Assembly (NCBI GenBank): GCA_043820675.1
Contig: JBDRDM010000116.1
Coordinates: 1 to 46,494 of the forward strand
Length of the DNA stretch: 46,494 nucleotides
Direction of reading: 5' to 3'
DNA from: Candidatus Micrarchaeota archaeon
GTDB taxonomy: Archaea; Micrarchaeota; Micrarchaeia; Norongarragalinales; SBBD01
Positions 9,905 to 18,346 of the stretch are shown piece by piece (position 1 is the stretch's first letter; each line of letters begins with the position of its first letter). Below the pieces are notes generated by a model. It was not told the DNA's origin. It did no database searches and saw only the letters and a list, made by a program, of their open reading frames with translations. The position numbers were made by a program, and so were the translations under genes.

Positions 9905-10711
9905 ATGTCCAGAATAATTTCCATCGTCTCCGGGAAGGGCGGCGTAGGGAAAACCACCGTAGTTGTCAATACTGGTGTTGCCCTTGCGCAGCTTTTCGGG
10001 AAAAAGGTCGCGGCAATCGACTGCAACCTTACGACCTCCCATCTGGGAATGGCGCTTGGCATACATCAAGCGCCCGCCAACCTCAATGGGGTTTTGAGGG
10101 GGGACATGGGGGTGGAGGAAGCGCTTTATGCGCATGGCTCTGGGCTGCATGTGCTTCCAGCTTCCCTTAAACTCCAGGACATGGAAGGCGTTGATCTTGT
10201 AAGGCTCCGGCCGCTTATTCGCTCCCTTGCAGACCGGTACGAGGTGCTTCTTCTTGATGCAGGCCCTGGCCTTGGCAGGGAAGCGCTCTCAGCACTTCAT
10301 GCCTCTTCGGAGGTGGTATTCGTGGCAACGCCTACGTTGCCGGCAGTAATGGATATATTGAGGTATACTGAGTTCCTGCGCGATCGTGAAAAAAAACACC
10401 TGGGAGTCGTTCTGAATATGGTTACGAAAAACGAATCGCAGCTTACGGCAAGCCAGGTGGAGAAGATGATAGGGCAACTGGTGATCACATCGGTCCCCCG
10501 GGATGCGGCAATACCTCGTTCGCAGGCCGCCGAAGTGCCTGTGATTCTCGCGTTCCCTTCCTGCAAGGCCTCAAAGGAGCTAATAAACGTGGCGCGCCAC
10601 ATTTTGGGGATGCCCGTTCAAAAGGAAGTGAAAGTAAGCGGCCTGGATTCCTTGAGGACGAAGGCAACTGATTTTATAGGGAGGCTCTCCAAATTCCCCT
10701 CGCTGGATTGA
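9905..10711 (+). CDS. minD: MinD/ParA-family P-loop ATPase
   Basis: Deviant Walker A motif IVSGKGGVGKTTVVVNTG near the N-terminus. The 268-aa length and the LLLDAGPG Walker B-like region fit the family. Confidence 0.9.
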   Translation: MSRIISIVSGKGGVGKTTVVVNTGVALAQLFGKKVAAIDCNLTTSHLGMALGIHQAPANLNGVLRGDMGVEEALYAHGSGLHVLPASLKLQDMEGVDLVRLRPLIRSLADRYEVLLLDAGPGLGREALSALHASSEVVFVATPTLPAVMDILRYTEFLRDREKKHLGVVLNMVTKNESQLTASQVEKMIGQLVITSVPRDAAIPRSQAAEVPVILAFPSCKASKELINVARHILGMPVQKEVKVSGLDSLRTKATDFIGRLSKFPSLD

Positions 10712-10896
10712 TCCCTTCTCACCTGGCGGATCTTTTGGGGGCAACAAAAGCATGGCCTTATATCCTCCGTCACACAGCGTATTTTGATTTATGTATTTTT
10801 TACCAACTTCCCCCGTTCCCCGCTTAACTTGTTCCGCCCTCATTTCATAGTTATGCTTATAAACTGCCTCTGCAATTTATTTACGAGGTAATTAAC

Positions 10897-11454
10897 ATGG
10901 TGTTGGAATGGATCGTTCTTGGGGTCGTAGGAATCTTTCTGCTATGGTTCATAGCGATCTACAACGGCCTTATCACCCTTCGCAACCGCATCGAGAATGC
11001 GTGGTCCCAAATAGATGTCCAGCTAAAGAAGCGTTACGATCTGATACCTAACCTTGTCGAGACCGTCAAAGGGTATGCGAGGTACGAGAAATCCGTTTTT
11101 GAAAACGTCACCAAGGCAAGGGCGGCAATGGCAAATGCGGGTTCCGTCACAGACAAGGCAAAGGCCGACAACATGCTTACCGGAGCCCTTAAATCCCTCT
11201 TTGCGGTTGCCGAAAACTACCCCAACCTCAAGGCCAACGAGAATTTCAGGCAATTGCAGGAAGAATTGTCGGGAATTGAAAGCAAGATCGCGTATGCGAG
11301 GCAGTTTTACAATGATTCCGTCCTGGAATTCAACACCTCCATCCAGACCGTGCCAAGCAATATCGTTGCCGGAATTGGCGGGTTCACGAAACGCGATTAT
11401 TTCAAGGTTGAGGAGGCCGAGCGCCAGAATGTCAAGGTGTCGTTTGACAAGTAA
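10897..11454 (+). CDS. lemA: LemA family membrane protein
   Basis: N-terminal TM helix, then [55 protein letters not shown] and [19 protein letters not shown]. These are typical LemA blocks. GAGGTA lies 8 nt upstream of the ATG. Confidence 0.92.
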   Translation: MVLEWIVLGVVGIFLLWFIAIYNGLITLRNRIENAWSQIDVQLKKRYDLIPNLVETVKGYARYEKSVFENVTKARAAMANAGSVTDKAKADNMLTGALKSLFAVAENYPNLKANENFRQLQEELSGIESKIAYARQFYNDSVLEFNTSIQTVPSNIVAGIGGFTKRDYFKVEEAERQNVKVSFDK

Positions 11455-11522
11455 TCTTGTTGGCTGCTGGGTGATCCATTGCCCCCTCTTGTTTTGCGCA
11501 TATACACCTTGCGTTTTTTCCT

Positions 11523-11607
11523 GCTTTGTAGCAGAAGTCGTTTCTGTAGCTAAAGTCGAAAAAGTGTAGCTAAAGTGGGGGCAAATCAAGGACTTAAGCT
11601 ACAAAGC
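11523..11607. repeat. Imperfect 16-nt inverted repeat enclosing two 12-nt direct repeats (TGTAGC-motif element)
   Basis: GCTTTGTAGCAGAAGT (11523-11538) pairs with ACTTAAGCTACAAAGC (11592-11607) at 14 of 16 positions. TGTAGCTAAAGT occurs at 11545-11556 and again at 11565-11576, 20 nt apart. T runs flank the element at 11514-11519 and 11611-11615. Confidence 0.7.
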
Positions 11608-11675
11608 TGGTTTTTCCGCAAGCCATATATACTAGAGCAGGCTAATACCTGTACTAATAGAACGGGGCGTTTTCA

Positions 11676-12056
11676 ATGGACGAGTACAAACTGGACTTAT
11701 TGGTTTCCTTCATCATCAGGGAGAAGCGCTACCTCAAGAAGCGGGAGACTTCCTTTACGGAAAAGGAGCTCAAGGATGGCGAGGAAGTTCTCAAGAAATT
11801 CATAAAGGTCATGCAGGGCCGCAAATACGAGGAGGCATTCCTCAAAGATGCGGAAACCAACCCAAACAAAGCGCACAAGATCGTGCGCGAAATCTCCCCC
11901 AAGATAAAGTCCATCTCAAAAAAGCAGTTGGTGATTCTGGCCCAGAACTACCTTTTGATCTATTCGGTAATTGAAAAAAAGCACAAGGAGCACAAGACCT
12001 TTGTTGAGGCCCTCAAGGCCGACAAATTCTACAGCCCAAGGCGCAAGGTATATTAA
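11676..12056 (+). CDS. Hypothetical Lys/Glu-rich protein (126 aa)
   Basis: ATG-initiated ORF with a TATA-like CATATATAC at 11624-11632 upstream. No recognisable domain. Confidence 0.5.
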   Translation: MDEYKLDLLVSFIIREKRYLKKRETSFTEKELKDGEEVLKKFIKVMQGRKYEEAFLKDAETNPNKAHKIVREISPKIKSISKKQLVILAQNYLLIYSVIEKKHKEHKTFVEALKADKFYSPRRKVY

Positions 12057-12150
12057 GGCCGCATTTCTTGGCACATGCGCGCTATAGCAAATGGGGATGG
12101 TGCTTCAATTGCATTGCCCAACTAGCTCCCTATTTTTATCGGGTTTTCAC

Positions 12151-12480
12151 ATGGAAACGGTTTCATTCGAGGATTTTTCGAAGCTCAAGCTCAAGGTTGC
12201 AAAGATACTTGAGGCCGAACGCGTGGAGGGAAGCGACAAGCTATTAAAGCTCCAAATAAGGCTGGGGGATGAAATCCGAACTCTGGTTGCAGGGATTGCC
12301 GAGCAATACGCGGAAGATGAGCTCCTTGGCAAAAAGATAATCGTAGTTGCGAACCTTGCACCCAAGAAGCTTAAGGGCATCGACTCCCAGGGCATGCTGC
12401 TTGCAGCAGAAGGGCCCGATGGAACCCTTTCACTCCTTTCACTTGACCGGGATGTTGAGGATGGTATCGATGTGCATTGA
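12151..12480 (+). CDS. tRNA-binding domain protein (Trbp111/CsaA/MetRS C-terminal-domain-like OB fold)
   Basis: FSKLKLKVAKILEAERVEGSDKLLKLQIRLGDEIRTLVAGIAEQY...LLGKKIIVVANLAPKKLKGIDSQGMLLAA is the characteristic tRNA-binding OB-fold pattern. I chose the ATG at 12151; the ORF-track start at 12091 adds an implausible hydrophobic leader. Confidence 0.8.
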   Translation: METVSFEDFSKLKLKVAKILEAERVEGSDKLLKLQIRLGDEIRTLVAGIAEQYAEDELLGKKIIVVANLAPKKLKGIDSQGMLLAAEGPDGTLSLLSLDRDVEDGIDVH

Positions 12481-12534
12481 GGCCAATGTATTATTACTCC
12501 TTTTTGCGTAAATAACCACTATCAAGTAAACCTA

Positions 12535-12541
12535 TTTATAT
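12535..12541 (+). promoter_or_regulatory. TATA box candidate for the riboflavin cluster (leaderless or very short leader)
   Basis: TTTATAT is centred about 31 nt upstream of the ribB ATG (12569), in the spacer after the previous gene. Confidence 0.35.
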
Positions 12542-12568
12542 GCGGGGCCGCAATATCTATCCGATCCC

Positions 12569-13231
12569 ATGTTGAACCGAGCAATTTCCGCCCTTAAGGA
12601 AGGGCGATTTGTTGTGCTATATGACGGCAAGGACCGCGAAGGCGAATCCGATTTGGTGATGCATGCCTCCTATGTTACCCCCGAGGCTATTCGCACATTC
12701 AGGAAGGATGCCGGGGGCCTTATCTGCTTTGCAACCAGCGGGGAGGTCATGTTGCGCATGCGCCTAGATTTCCTATCGGATATTTTGCGCGGATCCCCCA
12801 AACGCCAACTTAACCGGCTGGCAGTTTCGCGCACTCCCTATGGCGATAAGTCCGCATTTTCCATAGCCGTCAACCATAGAAAAACCTTTACGGGCATTAC
12901 CGACAAGGACCGGTCGCTTACGATAAATGGCCTTTCAGATATCATTTCGGCAAACAAAGGTTTGGGGGAGGGCCTTGCTAGGAATTTTTATTCCCCCGGG
13001 CACGTCCCATTGCTTTTTTCACGGGGCGTAGAAAGCCGCAGGGGGCATACCGAGCTTGCAGTCGAACTCACAAGGCTCGCAAAAATGCCTCCGGCTGTTG
13101 TGGTTTGCGAAATGCTCGGAAATGGGGATGCGCTAAGCCCCCAAAGAGCCAAACGATACGCCAAAATTCACGGCATTCCATTCATTGAAGGAAAGGAAAT
13201 GATCGGCGCCCGCACATTGTTTCCTATATGA
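12569..13231 (+). CDS. ribB: 3,4-dihydroxy-2-butanone 4-phosphate synthase
   Basis: ALKEGRFVVLYDGKDREGESDLVMHASYVTPEAIRTFRKDAGGLICFA and PGHVPLL...RRGHTELAV are typical DHBP synthase blocks. This is a stand-alone gene, not a ribBA fusion. Confidence 0.92.
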   Translation: MLNRAISALKEGRFVVLYDGKDREGESDLVMHASYVTPEAIRTFRKDAGGLICFATSGEVMLRMRLDFLSDILRGSPKRQLNRLAVSRTPYGDKSAFSIAVNHRKTFTGITDKDRSLTINGLSDIISANKGLGEGLARNFYSPGHVPLLFSRGVESRRGHTELAVELTRLAKMPPAVVVCEMLGNGDALSPQRAKRYAKIHGIPFIEGKEMIGARTLFPI

Positions 13232-13241
13232 GGTAAGTGAA

Positions 13242-13709
13242 ATGACGCCCAATATCGCTGTAATAGATACGATGTTTTCCAGGTTTGATATGGCTAGTGT
13301 AGCCATAGCTGAGCTTCAAAGAAAAGGGGGCGTCAATATCATTAGGCGCACTGTGCCAGGAATAAAGGATTTGGCAATTGAATGCAAACTGGCGCTGGAT
13401 GGTGGCGCGGATATTGCCCTTGCCCTGGGGTGGGTTGGAGGCGCGGAAATCGATAAGCAATGCAGCCATGAGGCTTCCATTGGAATTCAAAATGCAAAGC
13501 TTGCAACAAATAAACACATACTCGAGGCATTCGTGTTTGAATTCGAAGGAAAGGATGAAGCGGACCTATTATCGATTGCTACGGACCGTGCACGTAAGCA
13601 TGCTGAAAATGCGTATATCTTGGTTACGGATCCAAAAGCCTTAACAGTAAATGCCGGCAGGGGAATTCGGCAGGGGCGAAATGATGTTGGCCCTCTGAAA
13701 AAAGCCTGA
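13242..13709 (+). CDS. ribC: Archaeal-type riboflavin synthase
   Basis: It aligns along its full length, from memory, with the Methanocaldococcus enzyme. Shared blocks are IAVIDTMFSRFDMASVAI, RRTVPGIKDL, HEASIGI, TNKHI and RKHAENAY. Confidence 0.88.
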   Translation: MTPNIAVIDTMFSRFDMASVAIAELQRKGGVNIIRRTVPGIKDLAIECKLALDGGADIALALGWVGGAEIDKQCSHEASIGIQNAKLATNKHILEAFVFEFEGKDEADLLSIATDRARKHAENAYILVTDPKALTVNAGRGIRQGRNDVGPLKKA

Positions 13710-13839
13710 ATTGATTGCAATTGGGGGGGAAGAAGCAATCCTGTAAATCTGGCCGAATAATGCCCATGATTTTACATTCATCAAAAAAACCAAGTGTCAA
13801 GCCTTTCATTGTCAACGGTTCAAATGAGTGGTAAATCCT

Positions 13840-14238
13840 ATGAAAATTGCAATCGTCACAGCCGAATTCAATTCGGAAATAACATTGGCAATGGAAGCTA
13901 TAGCGCAACGAACTGTGAAATTGCTTGGTGGAACAACGCTGCCTCCCGAGCGGGTACCGGGATGCTTTGAAATTCCCCTTGCAGTAAAAAAACAGCTCTC
14001 GAAAAAAGATGTGGATGGCGTAATCACACTTGGCGCAATAATCAAGGGAGGCACTGGCCATGACGAGCTGATCGCAAGCGCAATTGCGCCTGCTTTGCTA
14101 AGCCTTAGCCTTGCTTACAATAAGCCAGTTGCCATTGGTATTCTTGGCCCGAAGATAACCTGGAGACAGGCGAAGTCGAGGGCATCTGGGTATGCAAAAA
14201 GGGCAGCGCAGGCAGCTGTAAAGATGATTGGGCATTAA
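13840..14238 (+). CDS. ribH: 6,7-dimethyl-8-ribityllumazine synthase
   Basis: KIAIVTAEFNSEIT...VPGCFEIPLAVKK...DGVITLGAIIKGGTGHDE...NKPVAIGILGP. ATG at 13840; an in-frame GTG at 13828 is an alternative start. Confidence 0.9.
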   Translation: MKIAIVTAEFNSEITLAMEAIAQRTVKLLGGTTLPPERVPGCFEIPLAVKKQLSKKDVDGVITLGAIIKGGTGHDELIASAIAPALLSLSLAYNKPVAIGILGPKITWRQAKSRASGYAKRAAQAAVKMIGH

Positions 14239-14300
14239 GCTTATGGGCATTGGCGCGTCTTGGTTTAATCATTTGAAAGCATGGAAGTTGGGCGATTTAT

Positions 14301-14915
14301 ATGGGAAATAACCGTGACATGAAGATGGTAAAAGAGCTTGCGAGTGCGAACCTTCCAACGAGGTTTGGTGATTTTAGGATTTTTGCTTTCACAAACAAAA
14401 AGAGCTGCATCGAGCATGCGGTGCTCCTTAAGGGCACAATTGAGGGCAAAACCCATGTTCCAACAAGAATACATTCCGAATGCGTAACCGGCGATGCATT
14501 TTCATCTATGAAATGCGATTGTGGCATGCAGCTGCAAAAAGCCATGCAATATATATCGGATAAGGGGTTTGGGGTAATAATTTACCTCCGCCAGGAAGGG
14601 AGGGGAATTGGCTTTGCCAACAAGATAAGGGCATACGCGCTCCAGGATCGCGGGTATGACACCGTCGAAGCAAATAAGGCCCTTGGGCTTCCCGATGACT
14701 TACGGGATTATCGTGAGGCCGCCGCAATACTGCATCATTTGGGCGTTAAATCCGTAAGCCTCCTAACAAACAACCCCAAAAAGGTGGAGGGGCTGGAAAA
14801 TTGCGGCATCACGGTTTCGGAAAGGGTGCCAATCGAAACAAAGCCAAACCCGCACAATGAGCAATACCTGAAAGTAAAGAAAAGCAAGCTTGGCCACCTG
14901 TTAAATTCCGTTTGA
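14301..14915 (+). CDS. ribA: GTP cyclohydrolase II (bacterial-type)
   Basis: LPTRFGDFRIFAF...RIHSECVTGDAFSSMKCDCGMQLQ...IIYLRQEGRGIGFANKIRAYALQDRGYDTVEAN is the canonical GCH II signature. Confidence 0.92.
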   Translation: MGNNRDMKMVKELASANLPTRFGDFRIFAFTNKKSCIEHAVLLKGTIEGKTHVPTRIHSECVTGDAFSSMKCDCGMQLQKAMQYISDKGFGVIIYLRQEGRGIGFANKIRAYALQDRGYDTVEANKALGLPDDLRDYREAAAILHHLGVKSVSLLTNNPKKVEGLENCGITVSERVPIETKPNPHNEQYLKVKKSKLGHLLNSV

Positions 14916-15002
14916 TCCCTTGGAGGAATGCTGGACTGCATCTTATAATAAAACTATATTTTATCGATTATCATCCAAAGCATTTGTGCTTTGGTTATCC
15001 AA

Positions 15003-16106
15003 ATGATGAGAAGCATGCCGATTTCAGAACGCGAAAAATTCATGCGCCTGGCATTAAAGCTGGCTAAAAAAGGCCGAGGCCAAACCCGTTCAAATCCAAT
15101 GGTGGGATGCGTTTTGGTCAAAAACGGGCGGATAATAGCTACCGGCTACCATGCCAAATTCGGCGGGGCCCATGCCGAAGTTATTGCGCTAAGAAAAGCC
15201 GGCGGCCGCGCAAAAGGCGCAACGGCATATCTTACATTAGAGCCTTGTGTTTCTTTTCCTGGCAAGAAGACGGGCCCGTGCTCTGAAAGGCTCATTGCAG
15301 CCGGAGTATGCCGGGTCGTCATTGCGATGCTGGACCCAAATCCCAAAGTATGCGGCAAGGGAATTGCCTTGCTGAAAAAGAACGGGGTTGCCGTTGAAAT
15401 CGGGCTTTTGGAAAGGGAGGCATCAAAACTCAATTACCCCAATGGGGCGCATGCTCCTGCAAAAAAGCCTCTTGTTACCCTGAAAGTTGCAATGAGCCTT
15501 GATGGCTATATCGCAAAAATGGGCAAGATTGCTCCAAGGGGCAAGAAATATTTCTCAAGCCCAGCTTCGCTTCGTTTTGCTCATGAGCTGCGCGCATCCT
15601 GCGATGCGATCCTTGTCGGGGTTGGCACCGTGCTTGCGGATGATCCCGCCCTTACCACAAGGCTTGCACGGGGCCGCGATCCTCTCCGGGTAATACTGGA
15701 TCCGGAATTGCAAATCCCATTTGGCGCCAATGTGCTAAACGACCCAAACGTCCTTATTGTATGTGCAAATTCTCATTTCAGCCCCTCTAAAAAAAAGCGG
15801 CTCGAAGGCCTGGGTTTTGGGGTGCTTTCCCTAAAAAATAAAAAGGGGCGTATAGGTTGGGGCCTCTTGCTTAGGGAACTTGGAAGTCGCGGCATTTGCT
15901 CCCTGCTAATTGAAGGCGGCAGCCATGTAATTTCTTCCGCATTGAATGAAGGCGCAATTGATCGCGCATATTTCATTATTGCTCCGCGTATCTTCGGAGG
16001 GGGGGTGCCCCTTTTGGGAGATCCGGTTAGGTCGAATAGGCGCATCGGGGCAATGTCCTTTAGGAAGCTTGGAGCGGATATTTTAATCAAAACCGTCTTT
16101 GCCTAA
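15003..16106 (+). CDS. ribD: Bifunctional diaminohydroxyphosphoribosylaminopyrimidine deaminase / 5-amino-6-(5-phosphoribosylamino)uracil reductase
   Basis: The deaminase zinc motifs HAEVIAL and TLEPC are followed by a reductase domain (VTLKVAMSLDGYIA ... LLIEGG). The start is ambiguous among TTG 14991, ATG 15003, ATG 15006 and ATG 15015. Confidence 0.9.
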   Translation: MMRSMPISEREKFMRLALKLAKKGRGQTRSNPMVGCVLVKNGRIIATGYHAKFGGAHAEVIALRKAGGRAKGATAYLTLEPCVSFPGKKTGPCSERLIAAGVCRVVIAMLDPNPKVCGKGIALLKKNGVAVEIGLLEREASKLNYPNGAHAPAKKPLVTLKVAMSLDGYIAKMGKIAPRGKKYFSSPASLRFAHELRASCDAILVGVGTVLADDPALTTRLARGRDPLRVILDPELQIPFGANVLNDPNVLIVCANSHFSPSKKKRLEGLGFGVLSLKNKKGRIGWGLLLRELGSRGICSLLIEGGSHVISSALNEGAIDRAYFIIAPRIFGGGVPLLGDPVRSNRRIGAMSFRKLGADILIKTVFA

Positions 16107-16149
16107 GCTTGCCGCCCTTCCATTTAATATCTGTGTCCCGTCATGTAAT

Positions 16150-16821
16150 ATGATTATCATGGCGCAACAAGTTTTTCCCGGGGTTTACCGCATCAATGGC
16201 AAGCTTGCCACGCTTTCGGAGCTTCGGGGCTTTAAGGTGCATTCCGAAGACATACTCAAGGCCGAGGGCAATGAATTCCGCGAATGGGACCCATTCCATA
16301 GCAAGCTTGCGGCGGCAATTTCAAGGGGGCTTAGGACTTTTCCTTTTTCCGTTGATGCGAGCGTGCTCTACCTGGGCGCTGCCAACGGGGTGACGTGTTC
16401 TTTTTTAAGCAACATAATCACCAACGGCACCATCTATGCCGTTGAATTTTCCGCGCAGTCAGGCCGCGACCTGATTTCAGTTAGTGAGAAAATGCAAAAC
16501 CTTATGCCCATCATCGAGGATGCGAGGTTTCCCGAGAGGTATGCCGATTCCATTGGCGGCAAAGTCGATGTTGTTTACGAGGACGTTTCCGATAGGGAAC
16601 AGGTGCAGATATTGGTGGATAACTGCGATAGGTTCCTCAAGGCCGGGGGCATAGCTATGATTGCCATAAAGGCGCGGTCCATCGACAGTTCCAGGCCCCC
16701 CAGGCAGATTTATGCGCAGGTAATTTCAGAACTCCGGAACCATTTCGAGGTGCTAGAAAAGCTCGATCTTGGCAATTTTGAGCGGGATCACATGTTCTTA
16801 GTTCTTAAGAAAAGGGGCTGA
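16150..16821 (+). CDS. flpA: Fibrillarin-like rRNA/tRNA 2'-O-methyltransferase
   Basis: FREWDPFHSKLAAAI, VLYLGAANGVTCSFLSNI, IYAVEFS and PIIEDARFPERY are fibrillarin SAM-MTase blocks. I prefer ATG 16150 or 16159 over the track start at 16099, which overlaps ribD. Confidence 0.9.
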   Translation: MIIMAQQVFPGVYRINGKLATLSELRGFKVHSEDILKAEGNEFREWDPFHSKLAAAISRGLRTFPFSVDASVLYLGAANGVTCSFLSNIITNGTIYAVEFSAQSGRDLISVSEKMQNLMPIIEDARFPERYADSIGGKVDVVYEDVSDREQVQILVDNCDRFLKAGGIAMIAIKARSIDSSRPPRQIYAQVISELRNHFEVLEKLDLGNFERDHMFLVLKKRG

Positions 16822-17144
16822 ATTGGAGGAATTTGGGGCTGCCCTTTCCGATGCCATTTTTTGGATTCTTGCTTTTCTCCCCACATTGCTTGCGGGCGCC
16901 AATTAGCTCTTTTCCCTACTCCTTCCCCCACCCCCATTCCTAGCGCTGTTGGCATAGCGCGGGAATAAGCTTATTAAGCAGATGCTGCATTCTATTGCGA
17001 AAAATGATCCATTATGGTAAACGGCTGGAATAGGGAAGATTTCATCTTCTTCATCATAATTGGAATCCTTTTTGCAACGATTCTAATCAAGTAGCCAATC
17101 CGTGCAATTGCCCGAACCCCGTTGCCCCTAATGCCAAATAGACG

Positions 17145-17163
17145 AAAAAAAGCCCTTGGGGCT
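17145..17163 (-). terminator. Hairpin plus oligo-T immediately downstream of the TrmB-family gene
   Basis: The minus strand reads AGCCC-CAA-GGGCT followed by a run of six to seven T, about 35 nt past the stop at 17197. Confidence 0.35.
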
Positions 17164-17196
17164 GGATAATTTATTCGCAGTAAAAAAAATCAGTCC

Positions 17197-18159
17197 CTAT
17201 TGCTGTCCGCCCCCAAGAGCGGCCTCCCTCAATGTTGAAGCAATATGGGGGTTCTTGAGCCAAAGCCCCACTTCATCTTCCGAGGATACGCCCGGGTTTG
17301 TCAGGAATATCATTGCCTCGTCGTCTGCAAGGACCATCCGTGTAGGGAGATTTTTATCGATGATCCTGTGCGCAACTTTTCCCACCTGCGAGTTTGGTGA
17401 ATGCAATGCGTGCCTTTTATCCTCAATTTCGGAAATCGGGGAAACAACGTGGATCTTAACGCCCCTGGCGCGCGCTTTTTCGAACTGGGTGATGTTTGCC
17501 CGGAACTTGTTGACAATGCCCTCTGGGTGGGAGTTTACGACTACGACGTTTTTTGCATTTGTTAGCATATCGCCAATCCTAGAATAAATGGAATTTCGGC
17601 CCTTGAGGGTCCATACGGATTCCTCTGCATCGAACTTGCGGCTGCCCGCGCCCTTATCTAGGCCTTTTTTGAGCGTACCGCTAAGTTCCTCGATTTTTGC
17701 CAGTTCATCCACAAGGGACTTTTCCTTGTGTTTCCTTAGTGTTTGTATTGCTTCCACAATCGGGACCGGGGCATATTTTACGGGCCTTCCCGCCTTGATT
17801 GCAACAAATCCCTTCTCCTGGAGCTTATCGAGCACATCGTATACCCTGGGCCTTGCGATTTTTCCAACTTCGGCAATGTCGCCCGCGGTGTTAACACCGC
17901 CCAGTGACAACGCCAGGTACGCCTGCGCTTCATATTGGTTCAAGCCAAGGCTCCGGAGCTGGTTTAGCATCTGGGGGTTTTGCATGATATCTATATTGCC
18001 TACTGAAAGGTGGTTTTTATACTTTTCCCCTTCATCAGATGCTTCAAAAATCGGTTTGGCCGCTGGTTTTTGGGCTTCATTTTGGGAAACGGCCTTCGTT
18101 TGCCCTTCGTTCCCGGTATTGTATTCGTTTGCTTCGCTCTCCATATCTTCCACTTGCAC
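17197..18159 (-). CDS. TrmB-family transcriptional regulator with an acidic, low-complexity N-terminal extension
   Basis: The winged-helix block LGLNQYEAQAYLALSLGGVNTAGDIAEVGKIARPRVYDVLDKLQEKGFV is the TrmB N-terminal signature, and a C-terminal effector-like domain follows. GTG start at 18159, or ATG at 18144. Confidence 0.85.
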   Translation of the reverse strand: MQVEDMESEANEYNTGNEGQTKAVSQNEAQKPAAKPIFEASDEGEKYKNHLSVGNIDIMQNPQMLNQLRSLGLNQYEAQAYLALSLGGVNTAGDIAEVGKIARPRVYDVLDKLQEKGFVAIKAGRPVKYAPVPIVEAIQTLRKHKEKSLVDELAKIEELSGTLKKGLDKGAGSRKFDAEESVWTLKGRNSIYSRIGDMLTNAKNVVVVNSHPEGIVNKFRANITQFEKARARGVKIHVVSPISEIEDKRHALHSPNSQVGKVAHRIIDKNLPTRMVLADDEAMIFLTNPGVSSEDEVGLWLKNPHIASTLREAALGGGQQ

Positions 18160-18179
18160 TATGATTAAGGAGCAACTGA

Positions 18180-18209
18180 TATATAAATGTTATTACTGTT
18201 GAATAGTAA
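18180..18209 (-). promoter_or_regulatory. TATA box plus adjacent TACT-N7-AGTA palindrome upstream of the TrmB-family gene
   Basis: On the minus strand, TTTATATA (18187-18180) lies about 25 nt upstream of the GTG at 18159. The palindrome TTACTGTTGAATAGTAA (18193-18209) abuts it. Confidence 0.4.
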
Positions 18210-18346
18210 CAAAAGCAAACCTTTAAATATCGGAAAGTGCATAAAATTGTTTTCAGGTGGGTTGGCCGTCGGCTTAATCGGCAGATGAATGCTGGTTTTG
18301 AGCCCAGCAGGCATCAATTAATGAAAATATATATCATGGTGATAGA

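Noticed and set aside
9736-10170. A 144-aa ORF starting at the stop of the giant gene and running into minD.
   Set aside because: It overlaps the well-supported MinD N-terminus (Walker A) in another frame. The region upstream of 9905 looks like a promoter instead, with TTTAATAT at 9861-9868 and two TTGCAA hexamers at 9873 and 9888.
11023-11589. A 188-aa minus-strand ORF and a 171-aa plus-strand ORF overlapping lemA.
   Set aside because: The LemA frame carries unmistakable family motifs. The others are shadow frames.
17014-17094. A 26-aa hydrophobic mini-ORF (MVNGWNREDFIFFIIIGILFATILIK) in the flpA-trmB spacer.
   Set aside because: It has no convincing RBS or promoter, and an ORF of this length can easily arise by chance. 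It is noted only for anyone with Ribo-seq data.
17156-18202. Plus-strand ORFs of 143 and 204 aa covering the TrmB-family gene.
   Set aside because: They are antisense to a gene with a clear TrmB winged-helix signature. The products are Ser/Phe/Leu-rich and not protein-like.
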